32,000 nucleotides of DNA from Delftia acidovorans NBRC 14950 (GTDB lineage Bacteria > Pseudomonadota > Gammaproteobacteria > Burkholderiales > Burkholderiaceae_C). Below, in pieces: positions 19,933 to 27,633 of the stretch. Both the position numbers and the translations under genes were made by a program. Location of the stretch: positions 1 to 32,000 of the forward strand of contig NZ_BCZP01000023.1 in assembly GCF_001598795.1 (NCBI RefSeq). Reading direction: 5' to 3'. Positions within the stretch are counted from its first letter, which is position 1, and each line of letters begins with the position of its first letter. The notes under the pieces were generated by a model. It saw only the letters and a program-made list of their open reading frames with translations. It was not told where the DNA came from and searched no databases.

Positions 19933-20799
19933 TCAGGACAGCGCTTCGGGCGCCATCAACAAGGCAAACAGCTCACGCTGCCCCTGCACGCCCAGTTTGG
20001 CGCAGACCCGCTTGAGATAGGTTCGCGCGCTGGACACGGTGATGCCCAGGCGCTGCGCCAGCCGCTCGGCATCAAGCCCCTCGATCACGCAGCGCACCAC
20101 GTCCAGATCCCGCTGCGTGAGATGGGCAAAGCGCCCGGCCAGGCGCGCCAGCACCAGCCCCGCCAGATCGTCCTGCAGCGCCTGGCCCGCATAGTGCAGG
20201 CGCATGGCCTGCATGACCAGGGGCGCAAAGGCTTCGATGCGTGCGATGGACTGCGCATCAAGGCAGCCGTGCTCCTCGCCCCGGTACAGGTTCACTGCCA
20301 GCCACCGTGCGCCAGGCAGCAGGGTCAGCAGCGAGAGCCGCTCCACCAGGCGCGGCAACTCATAGCAGACATGTCGGTACTCGGGATGGCTGACATCGCA
20401 GGGGCGCTGGCGGTGCAGCCAGACGCGCGCGGGAGCCTGGGGGTCGCGCTGCTGCCGCGCCAGTTCGGCCTGCATCACGCGCTGTGCGCCGTCGAGCGGA
20501 TAGAAGCGCTCGCTGTAGTCCTGCGAAATCATGGGCAGCGCCCCCGTGCGTGCCCGGTCGCCAAAACCCACGATGCGCGGACGTGATCGGCCCTGGAACG
20601 AGAAGATGGTGCACTGCGCCAGCGGCACGTGCCGGCCCAGCAAATGCAGCAACTGCCCGGCCACCTCGTCGCTGCTGGCGCTGGAGCGGCCCACCTGCTC
20701 CAGCAGCGCCGTCACATCGCCAAGGGGCACGGGCAGGCTGGCGTCGCTGGCGGAGGCAGGCGCCAGCAGCCAATGGCTGCGCCCTGTGTCAGTGCTCAT
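19933..20799 (-). CDS. LuxR-family transcriptional regulator (C-terminal LuxR/GerE HTH, N-terminal ligand-type domain)
   Basis: The C-terminus LTQRDLDVVRCVIEGLDAERLAQRLGITVSSARTYLKRVCAKLGV is a classic GerE/LuxR HTH. I chose the ATG at 20799 because it has an AGGAA RBS 2 nt upstream. The upstream part of the 406-aa track ORF runs through two hairpins and looks non-coding. Confidence 0.85.
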   Translation of the reverse strand: MSTDTGRSHWLLAPASASDASLPVPLGDVTALLEQVGRSSASSDEVAGQLLHLLGRHVPLAQCTIFSFQGRSRPRIVGFGDRARTGALPMISQDYSERFYPLDGAQRVMQAELARQQRDPQAPARVWLHRQRPCDVSHPEYRHVCYELPRLVERLSLLTLLPGARWLAVNLYRGEEHGCLDAQSIARIEAFAPLVMQAMRLHYAGQALQDDLAGLVLARLAGRFAHLTQRDLDVVRCVIEGLDAERLAQRLGITVSSARTYLKRVCAKLGVQGQRELFALLMAPEALS

Positions 20800-20814
20800 G
20801 GTTCCTGCAGGAAT

Positions 20815-20846
20815 GCAAAAAGGCCGGCGCTTCGCGCAGCCGGCCT
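20815..20846 (-). terminator. Strong intrinsic terminator/attenuator hairpin immediately upstream of the luxR RBS
   Basis: The minus strand reads AGGCCGGC-T-GC-GCGAA-GC-GCCGGCCT followed by TTTT(T): an 8-bp GC stem plus 2 bp. The T-run ends about 8 nt before the luxR RBS. Confidence 0.6.
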
Positions 20847-20869
20847 GGGTGGGTAGGTACGTGGAAATT

Positions 20870-20912
20870 GGAAATGATAAATCCAGCGCAGCGAGGCAAG
20901 AGCCTGCTGCGC
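20870..20912 (-). terminator. Second hairpin with a U-rich tail in the same leader
   Basis: The minus strand reads GCGCAGCAGGC-TCTT-GCCT(C)GCTGCGC (11 bp with one bulge) followed by TGGATTTATCATTTCC. Confidence 0.4.
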
Positions 20913-21028
20913 CTGGTTCGCGGTCTGTCCGCTTGAGGGTCACCGCCTGTCGGCGGGCCGCTGCACGGTCCAGCCGGACCTGACAGTACTGATGCCGCTG
21001 CAGGCCCTTGGCCAGGCGGCACCTGCCA

Positions 21029-21199
21029 TCACCATTCGCCGACGTTGCGGATGCGCTGGTCCAGATCCAGAGGAATGCCGCCGCCAGCGGCTTCATGGTC
21101 CTGACCAGCTTGCTCCAGCGCCATGGGCGGGGGACTGAAATGATCGCGGCCAAAGGTGTGTTCGGTGAGAACGGGATCGCGGGAAGGTGGGGTGTTCAT
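21029..21199 (-). CDS. Unlisted 56-aa ORF with a near-perfect Shine-Dalgarno; hypothetical small acidic protein
   Basis: The minus strand reads AAGGAGG-gcgcaacc-ATG. The translation is MNTPPSRDPVLTEHTFGRDHFSPPPMALEQAGQDHEAAGGGIPLDLDQRIRNVGEW*. It falls below the 60-aa cut-off of the ORF track. My hand-counted GC3 of about 67% is only moderate for this genome, so coding status is uncertain. Confidence 0.4.
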   Translation of the reverse strand: MNTPPSRDPVLTEHTFGRDHFSPPPMALEQAGQDHEAAGGGIPLDLDQRIRNVGEW

Positions 21200-21395
21200 G
21201 GTTGCGCCTCCTTGACAGAAAGCTTACTGCGAATCTTTCACGATTTCTGTAGGACAAACCTGGATGCAACCCTCTGAAGCTGAAATAACACAAGGTACGC
21301 ATGCTCACAAATGTGTAGCGCTTCGTAATAAAGGCGTAATGAATCCATGCGCCAAACCCCTGGCCAGGGACGATCGGGTAAGCTTGCCGCCCTCC

Positions 21396-21995
21396 ATGCC
21401 ACAGACACTCCGCGCGCCTGCGCACAGCGAACTCCTCATCAAGAAAAGCCGTTTCATCGGTTGCGTGCAGCCGATGGCCGACCGCGCCAGCGCCCAGGCG
21501 GTGGTCGATGCGCTATGGCGCGAGCACCCCGGCGCCGCCCATGTCTGCTGGGCTCTGCTGGCAGGCGGCCAGTCGGCAGCCGTCGATGACGGCGAGCCCA
21601 GCGGCACGGCAGGCCGCCCCATGCTGGACGTGCTGCGCCACCAGGACCTGGAAGGCGTGCTGGCCACCGTGGTGCGCTACTTCGGCGGCGTCAAGCTGGG
21701 CGCAGGTGGCCTGGTGCGCGCCTACACCGATGCCGTGGCCCAGGCCCTGCTGACCGCCGAGAAAGTGACACTGCAGCGCATGCAATCACTGCGCTGCGCC
21801 GTGCCCTATGCGCTGGAAGGCCTGGTACGCCGCGAGATCGATGCGGCAGGCGCCGAACTGCTCCAGGTCGAGCATGGCTCCCTGGTGCAGTTCGATCTGC
21901 GCCTGCCGCAGTCGCAGGCTGAAGGCTTTGTGAGCCGCCTCAACGAGAGCGGTCAAGGACGCGTGGGCTGGATGGAAGTCCACCACGGCGAATGA
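21396..21995 (+). CDS. yigZ: YigZ/IMPACT-family (UPF0029) protein
   Basis: LIKKSRFIGCV...HVCWA...DDGEPSGTAGRPMLDVL...VVRYFGGVKLGAGGLVRAY matches the IMPACT N-domain signature. The ATG at 21396 gives about 199 aa, typical for the family. Confidence 0.88.
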   Translation: MPQTLRAPAHSELLIKKSRFIGCVQPMADRASAQAVVDALWREHPGAAHVCWALLAGGQSAAVDDGEPSGTAGRPMLDVLRHQDLEGVLATVVRYFGGVKLGAGGLVRAYTDAVAQALLTAEKVTLQRMQSLRCAVPYALEGLVRREIDAAGAELLQVEHGSLVQFDLRLPQSQAEGFVSRLNESGQGRVGWMEVHHGE

Positions 21996-22016
21996 GATGC
22001 GCCGGGCTCAAGCAGT

Positions 22017-23195
22017 TCAACCGGCCACCAGAAACCGCTGCGCCAGCAGCACCCAATAGGCGGCGCCCACGGCGATGTTGTCGTCGTTGAAGTCATAGCC
22101 CGGGTTGTGCACCATGCAGGCGCCTTGCTCGCTTCCCTCGCCATTGCCAATCAGCAGATAGCTGCCTGGCACGCGCTGCAGCATGAAGGCAAAGTCTTCG
22201 CTGCCCGGCAAAGGTGGCGCCTGCAGCGTGACATGTTCCGGGCCCAGCAGCTCCAGCGCGATCTGGCGCGCGAAGTCAGTCTCCTTGGGCGTGTTGACCA
22301 GCACGGCATAGCCGGGCCGCCACTCGAGTTGCGCCTGCACGCCGAAGCTCTCGGCCTGCGCACTCACCAGGTCGCGAATGCGCTGCTCCAGCAGCCTGCG
22401 CACATCGGCATCCAGCGCACGCACGCTCAACTCCAGCACAGCGCTGTGGGCGATCACGTTGTTGGCCTTGCCTGCGTGGATGGCTCCCACGGTCACCACC
22501 GCCATCTGCAGCGGATCGATGTTGCGTGAGACGATGGTCTGCAAGGCCATGATGATGCTGGCGGCCGCAACGATGGGGTCGGCCGCGCGGTGCGGCATGG
22601 CACCATGCCCGCCCACCCCGGTGAGGGTGAGCGTGGCGTAGTCGGAGGACGCCATGGCTGCGCCCTCGCGCAGCGCCAGCCGCCCCTGGGGCAGGCCCGG
22701 CATGTTGTGCATGGCAAAGATGGCGTCGCAGGGATATCGCTCGAAGAGGCCGTCCTCCATCATGCGCAGGGCACCGCCGCCGCCCTCCTCCGCAGGCTGG
22801 AAGATCAGCGTCAAAGTCCCGTCAAAAGCGCCGTCATGGGCAAGATGCCGGGCCGCCGCCAGCAGCATGGCTGTATGGCCGTCGTGCCCGCAGGCATGCA
22901 TCACGCCGTCATGCGTGCTGGCGTGGGCGAAGGCATTGGCCTCGGTGATGGGCAGCGCATCCATGTCGGCGCGCAGGCCCAGGCGCCGGTGGCCGCTGCC
23001 GCGCACCAGCCGCCCCACCACGCCGGTGCCGCCCAGCCCGCGCTCCACCTCGTATCCCCATTGCTCCAGTTGCTGCGCGACAAGGGCGCTGGTGCGGTGC
23101 TCCTCGAAACCCAGTTCGGGATGCCGGTGAATGTCGCGGCGCACCTCGACGAAGGCTGCGGCCGAGCCGCGCAAAGTGTCCAGAAGGGTGTTCAT
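22017..23195 (-). CDS. M20-family amidohydrolase (N-acyl-amino-acid/hippurate hydrolase type)
   Basis: The product starts MNTLLDTLRGSAAAFVEVRRDIHRHPELGFEE. It also has LRADMDALP, HACGHDGH and FQPAEEGGGGA, all typical of M20D aminoacylases. Confidence 0.92.
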   Translation of the reverse strand: MNTLLDTLRGSAAAFVEVRRDIHRHPELGFEEHRTSALVAQQLEQWGYEVERGLGGTGVVGRLVRGSGHRRLGLRADMDALPITEANAFAHASTHDGVMHACGHDGHTAMLLAAARHLAHDGAFDGTLTLIFQPAEEGGGGALRMMEDGLFERYPCDAIFAMHNMPGLPQGRLALREGAAMASSDYATLTLTGVGGHGAMPHRAADPIVAAASIIMALQTIVSRNIDPLQMAVVTVGAIHAGKANNVIAHSAVLELSVRALDADVRRLLEQRIRDLVSAQAESFGVQAQLEWRPGYAVLVNTPKETDFARQIALELLGPEHVTLQAPPLPGSEDFAFMLQRVPGSYLLIGNGEGSEQGACMVHNPGYDFNDDNIAVGAAYWVLLAQRFLVAG

Positions 23196-23205
23196 TTGCG
23201 GCGTC

Positions 23206-24192
23206 TCACTGGGGTTGCAGGCGAATGGAACGGGCAATGCTGCGATAGCGGGCGGTCTCGGCCTCATAGAACTGCGCGGCCTCGGCCAGCGACATGGGCG
23301 CTGCGGCCAGCTGCGTCTGCAGGGCCAGTTGCTCGCGCACGCCCGGGTCCTTGAGCATGGCGCCTATCGCCTGGTGCAGCCTTTGCACCACCTCCTGCGG
23401 CGTGTCCTTGCGCACCAGGAAACTGGTCCAGGTCTTGTAGGCGAAGTTTTTCAGCTCCCGGCCCTCTCGCACCGTGGGCACATTCTTGAGCAGCTCCGAT
23501 CGTTGCTCCCCCAGCTGGCCCAGAATCTTGAGCCGGCCCTGCTCGGCCAGCGCGCCCATGGCAGCGCTGTAGACGAGCACAGCGAAATCGACCTGCCCGC
23601 TGCCTATGTCCTGCAGCAGCGGCGCATTGCCCTTGTAGGGCGCATGCATGAGTTGTATGCCGGCGTCCTGCTGCACCTTCTCCAGGATCAGGTGGTAGAG
23701 CGAGCCAATGCCGACGCTGCCGTACGACAGCGGCCGGCTGGCGCTTTTGCGGGCCAGTGCGATCAGCTCATCCACGTTGCCGGCCTCCAGGTCCTTGCGG
23801 GCGACAAACACCATCACGGCCTCGGCCACGGGATGGACCAGGCGGAAATCCTCCGCCTTGAGCCGCACGGCGGCATTGGCCAGCGGCGACAGGATCACTT
23901 CGTTGGGCGAGCCCTGGAAGACGTAGTGCCCGTCAGGCGGAGCGGCCAGCACTTTCTGCGCGGCCATGGCGCCGCTGACGCCGCCCAGGTTCTCCACAAT
24001 GACCTGCTGGCCCAGTGCCTTGGACAGCGGCACGCTGAAGATGCGGGCAATGGCATCCGAAGGGCCGCCGGCCGGATAGGGAACCATCAGGCTCACGGGC
24101 CTGGAGGACGGGCTCTGCGCACAGGCCAGGCCCGCGCTCAGCAGCAGGCCGGCGCCCGTCAGCCAAACGCGCTGGAACAAAAATCTCATCAT
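23206..24192 (-). CDS. Bug-family (TctC-like) tripartite tricarboxylate transporter substrate-binding protein
   Basis: 328 aa with a signal peptide (LLLSAGLACAQS) followed by PVSLMVPYPAGGPSDAIAR, the hallmark Bug N-terminal motif. Its stop lies 10 nt upstream of the amidohydrolase start. Confidence 0.92.
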   Translation of the reverse strand: MMRFLFQRVWLTGAGLLLSAGLACAQSPSSRPVSLMVPYPAGGPSDAIARIFSVPLSKALGQQVIVENLGGVSGAMAAQKVLAAPPDGHYVFQGSPNEVILSPLANAAVRLKAEDFRLVHPVAEAVMVFVARKDLEAGNVDELIALARKSASRPLSYGSVGIGSLYHLILEKVQQDAGIQLMHAPYKGNAPLLQDIGSGQVDFAVLVYSAAMGALAEQGRLKILGQLGEQRSELLKNVPTVREGRELKNFAYKTWTSFLVRKDTPQEVVQRLHQAIGAMLKDPGVREQLALQTQLAAAPMSLAEAAQFYEAETARYRSIARSIRLQPQ

Positions 24193-24266
24193 GTCTCCTT
24201 GGTGGATGGCTCCGGCTCGGTCGGCCGGATACGCGGCATCCTAGGAGCCGGGTCATCGAACGTCCA

Positions 24267-24302
24267 ATGCATTGTTGGCTGCATTAGCATGAGTTTCATG
24301 CA
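24267..24302. promoter_or_regulatory. ATGCA/TGCAT half-site array in the LysR/Bug divergent promoter region
   Basis: ATGCA-N8-TGCAT-N13-ATGCA lies 22-57 nt upstream of the LysR ATG. This is a candidate LTTR binding region, but the spacing does not fit a strict T-N11-A box. Confidence 0.3.
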
Positions 24303-24323
24303 GACTTCAGGGCGCGAAAAATC

Positions 24324-25274
24324 ATGACGCTGGTGCAGCTCAGGCATCTCATATCGGTGGCGCAGACCGGCTCCTTCAGCCGCTCGGCCGAGGCCATGCA
24401 TCTGACACAGCCGGCCCTCAGCCGCAGCGTGCGCGCGCTGGAGCAGGAGCTGGGCATACCCTTGTTCGACCGCATCGGCCGCCACAGCGAACTCACAGCC
24501 TTCGGCCGCGAGATGCTGGGACGGGCGCGCGCCCTGGTGGCCGAGGCCGACGAGCTGCGTGACAGGGGGCGCCAATTGCGCGAGGGTGCGGCCGGCACCG
24601 TGCGTGTGGGCCTGGGATCGGGCCCCGGCGCAATATTGATGACGCCGTTCCTGCAGCACATGACCGTGCACCATCCCGGCGTGCGAACCGAGGTGGCGCG
24701 CGGCAGCACCGATCTGCTGGTGCACTCGCTACGCGAGCGCCTGCTCGATGCCCTGGTCGTGGACCTGCGCGCGCTGCGGCCCGCACCCGACCTTGCGTTG
24801 GACGTCGTGCACGAAATGCGCGCCGCCTTCATGTGCCGCACCGACCATCCACTCGCCCGCCTGCAGCGGGATCTGCGCTTCGAGGATGTGCAGCGCTACC
24901 CCGTCGCCTCCACCCCGCTGAGCGACCAGGTGGCCTGGCTGCTGGTGGAGACCTATGGCGCCACGGCCCACCCGGCGCGGTTCGTCACACTGCAGTGCGA
25001 GGAGTTGCCCAGCCTTGTGGACGTTGCGCGCAACAGCGACACCGTGCTGCTGGCCGTGCGCGCCGTCGCCCCGGACCTGGCCGAATTGCCCATGGACCCG
25101 CCCATGCGCAGCACCGCCCGCTTCGGGCTGGTCACGCTGCGTCAGCGCAGCGAGGCGCCGACGCTGGCAATCCTGCGAGGGCTGATGGGGAAGTTGATGG
25201 CCGACGATGCCCCTGCGCCGGAACGGGCGCCCAGCCATGGCGGAAGGCTGGGCCGCATGGCATTGCCAGACTGA
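24324..25274 (+). CDS. LysR-family transcriptional regulator
   Basis: The N-terminal HTH MTLVQLRHLISVAQTGSFSRSAEAMHLTQPALSRSVRALEQELG is canonical for LTTRs. The gene is divergent from the Bug/M20 pair. Confidence 0.93.
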   Translation: MTLVQLRHLISVAQTGSFSRSAEAMHLTQPALSRSVRALEQELGIPLFDRIGRHSELTAFGREMLGRARALVAEADELRDRGRQLREGAAGTVRVGLGSGPGAILMTPFLQHMTVHHPGVRTEVARGSTDLLVHSLRERLLDALVVDLRALRPAPDLALDVVHEMRAAFMCRTDHPLARLQRDLRFEDVQRYPVASTPLSDQVAWLLVETYGATAHPARFVTLQCEELPSLVDVARNSDTVLLAVRAVAPDLAELPMDPPMRSTARFGLVTLRQRSEAPTLAILRGLMGKLMADDAPAPERAPSHGGRLGRMALPD

Positions 25275-25381
25275 TTTGATGCTGGTGATCACCCATCGAA
25301 TACCCTCAATGCAAAATCGCAAGCCGGGACAATGAGTCACGTGAAATTAAATAGTTAGCACAGCCTGTTCTCAAGGCCCGA

Positions 25382-25627
25382 TTAATGAAATTTCCCAAAG
25401 GAATACCCCAGGCAATGAGCAACTGCCAGCCCCTCACTTTTCAATAGCAAAACAGCTTCACAAATGACATATTCAACTAAACTATCATTCGCATGCAGGC
25501 TGCTATTCTCCAAATTTATTAGACCATCTTCCGAAAAATAAATATTATTCGCATGCAGCGCGGAGGAGGACATTAAAACAACAAATACCACCATAGTGAA
25601 CAATGATTTTTCATATCGAAATCTCAT
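25382..25627 (-). CDS. Hypothetical 81-aa secreted protein in a very low-GC segment
   Basis: An RBS (AAGGGG) lies 5 nt upstream of the ATG. The N-terminus is signal-peptide-like (SLFTMVVFVVLMSSSALHA). There are two Cys in the mature part. I recognise no family. Confidence 0.4.
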   Translation of the reverse strand: MRFRYEKSLFTMVVFVVLMSSSALHANNIYFSEDGLINLENSSLHANDSLVEYVICEAVLLLKSEGLAVAHCLGYSFGKFH

Positions 25628-25642
25628 TTCAACCCCTTTATC

Positions 25643-26084
25643 TCATCGTTTTTGAATTGATACTGACGACCAGGGAATGCACAGGTTCTGCACAAATGCA
25701 TGCGTTGCCTGTGGGAGCCTGGAGCGAAAGCTCTCATCGGCCAGTTCGCTGTGGCAAGCCACCATTGCGATATCGCCCCTATTTCCCACAGGTGCATTCA
25801 TATCGCAAGTATGCTCATACTCTTCTCGCCATCATTAGAAGTGGTAGCAATTTTTCTATATCCAAAGCCATCATGCGATAAAGCAGCTCCTTCGAGTTCG
25901 ACGAATCGCCCGTTCCCCTGCCCATGATCGGAGACATCATGGAAGTCGAGCCTCCAAAAGCCTGAACTGTATTGGAGGAGGAAAAATTCTCGAATGAAAT
26001 TCCGTTCGCTTGCACAGCAGGGGCCCAGAGCCCGCACACAACGATTGCCAGTGTGGTTGCAAGTCTTGGATATCGCATCTTCAT
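25643..26084 (-). pseudogene. Degraded paralogue of the adjacent HAF-repeat protein, spread over three reading frames
   Basis: Frame 1 (26084..25815) has a strong RBS (AAGGAA) and a signal peptide (MKMRYPRLATTLAIVVCGLWAPAVQA). Frame 2 carries blade-like DVSDHGQ and TTSNDGE. Frame 3 (25831..25643) reads MNAPVGNRGDIAMVACHSELADE...THAFVQNLCIP, parallel to MNARVVDIGDNGTVAGHSELADG...SHAFVQNLCTP of the neighbour. The intact 89-aa first frame might still be expressed. Confidence 0.5.
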
Positions 26085-26124
26085 GGTATTTCCTTTATGC
26101 ACGTTGTGAGATGAGGCTCCGCCT

Positions 26125-27339
26125 TCATGGCGTGCACAGGTTCTGCACGAAGGCATGCGAGGCCAATTGCGCGACTTCGCTCCTTCCTGTCATGTAGCAG
26201 CCATCCTGGCTCAGTGCCGAGGCCGCACTGTTCTCGCCGCCTGCGAGGGTTCCCTGGTCCACGGTGCCGCCCAAGGGGGTCCAGGTGATGGCGTGCGAAC
26301 TTCCGTCGGCCAGTTCGCTGTGGCCCGCCACCGTTCCGTTGTCACCGATATCCACCACACGTGCATTCATGCCGCCAGGCAGCGGAGGAATATCGCGGAT
26401 GACACCGGTCTGGCTGTTCCAGTAATAGGGCATGCTGCGCCCGTCTGCCAACTGGTAGTGCCCAATCACCTCGCCGAGGATGTTGAGATCGACGCCGCTG
26501 TTTCGCGCGGGCGGTGACGATATGGACAACACCTGCGGACTGGAGGACGAGTTGAGCCAGACGACGGTGCGTCCACCTTGGGCACCGAAATCGCAGTAGC
26601 CCATGATGCGGGTATTGACGACGGTCTTTGCGCGGCAGAAGACGGCATTGAGAGGCAGGTTCAGGGCCGTGGCCATATAGCCGCCCAGAACTGCGGCAGA
26701 CCAATAGACAGGACGCGGATGCCCGCTGTTGTCGGGACAGTTGCCCACGATGCCCGGCATGTTGCCGCCCACCACGAAATTGTCCACATCGGACGGCACG
26801 CAGTTGGTGCTGTTCAGGCCCAGCAGACCCGCCGGCAGCGCGCGTGCCGTGGTTTCATTGTTGCGCCACATGACAGGGCGGGCAGTGTTGCTGCCGCTCA
26901 GGCTGACGCCAGCCACATAGCCGCCCTGGTTGTATGCCGTGGGCATGCTGCGCACATCGAGCGTCAGCGGCTGCAGTGTCTGCACCGTGGCTGGCGTGGC
27001 CGCATTCCAGAACACGCCCACGGACACCGAATTACCGTCCAGGCAGCTGCCCACCACCTGGCCGCTGTTGGTGATGGCCGCCGCGTTGCAGTTGCGCCCC
27101 GGCGACAGGCGCACAAGGTCTGCCGCACTGCCCGGCGCCAGCGACACGAAGCCTGCGGACGAGCCGTCGCTCTCTGCACAGGCGCCCACGACATGGCCGC
27201 TGTTGTTGATGTCCAGGCCCACGCATTGCGGACCTGCCGACGTGCCCACGTCCTGCATGGGCAGGGCCTGCGCGGCCGGCAGTGCCAGCAACGCAAGGCA
27301 CGCAACGGAAAAATTCAAATGCTTTGGCTGAAGGCGCAT
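26125..27339 (-). CDS. Secreted HAF-family repeat protein (about 8 repeats, probable beta-propeller)
   Basis: An RBS (AGGAGA) lies 6 nt before the ATG at 27339, and the signal peptide is LNFSVACLALLALPAAQA. There are about eight ~40-aa repeats of the form D-I-N-N-S-G-x-V-V-G-x-C ... W (DINNSGHVVGAC, ITNSGQVVGSC, IGDNGTVAGH), ending in SHAF. This matches my recollection of the TIGR02913 HAF extracellular repeat. Confidence 0.8.
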   Translation of the reverse strand: MRLQPKHLNFSVACLALLALPAAQALPMQDVGTSAGPQCVGLDINNSGHVVGACAESDGSSAGFVSLAPGSAADLVRLSPGRNCNAAAITNSGQVVGSCLDGNSVSVGVFWNAATPATVQTLQPLTLDVRSMPTAYNQGGYVAGVSLSGSNTARPVMWRNNETTARALPAGLLGLNSTNCVPSDVDNFVVGGNMPGIVGNCPDNSGHPRPVYWSAAVLGGYMATALNLPLNAVFCRAKTVVNTRIMGYCDFGAQGGRTVVWLNSSSSPQVLSISSPPARNSGVDLNILGEVIGHYQLADGRSMPYYWNSQTGVIRDIPPLPGGMNARVVDIGDNGTVAGHSELADGSSHAITWTPLGGTVDQGTLAGGENSAASALSQDGCYMTGRSEVAQLASHAFVQNLCTP

Positions 27340-27633
27340 GAAGGGTTCTCCTGAAAAAGCAAAGAAGTCGTTCATGGAAATCGGGCGCCGAACAGGAAAT
27401 CCGCATGGGGCTTGGCATATGCGTGCCGGTGCAGACGCTATTTCCGTGATCCGCATCCCGGCCCCACGATAGGCATCGCGGTATGGAGCCGTCCATCCGA
27501 GCAGCAATCAAAACAACAAAAACAATCAACAAAATCAAAAGCTTGCAAAAGAATCCCCCATCAATAATTGTCTCATCGGCATCCGGGATTCAGGCCATGC
27601 CACAGCGCAGCGCCATATGAATGGGAGCTTTCC

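Noticed and set aside
19933-21153. 406-aa version of the LuxR ORF given in the track
   Set aside because: The N-terminal 118 residues run through two stable hairpins and an AT-rich stretch, and look like noise (Cys/Arg/Trp-rich). The internal ATG at 20799 has a proper RBS.
21008-21277. 89-aa plus-strand ORF antisense to the 56-aa small ORF
   Set aside because: It has a TTG start with no SD, and its 3' third runs into the AT-rich promoter region. However, its GC3 in the first two-thirds is high, so I cannot fully exclude it. This is one reason the 56-aa ORF gets only 0.4 confidence.
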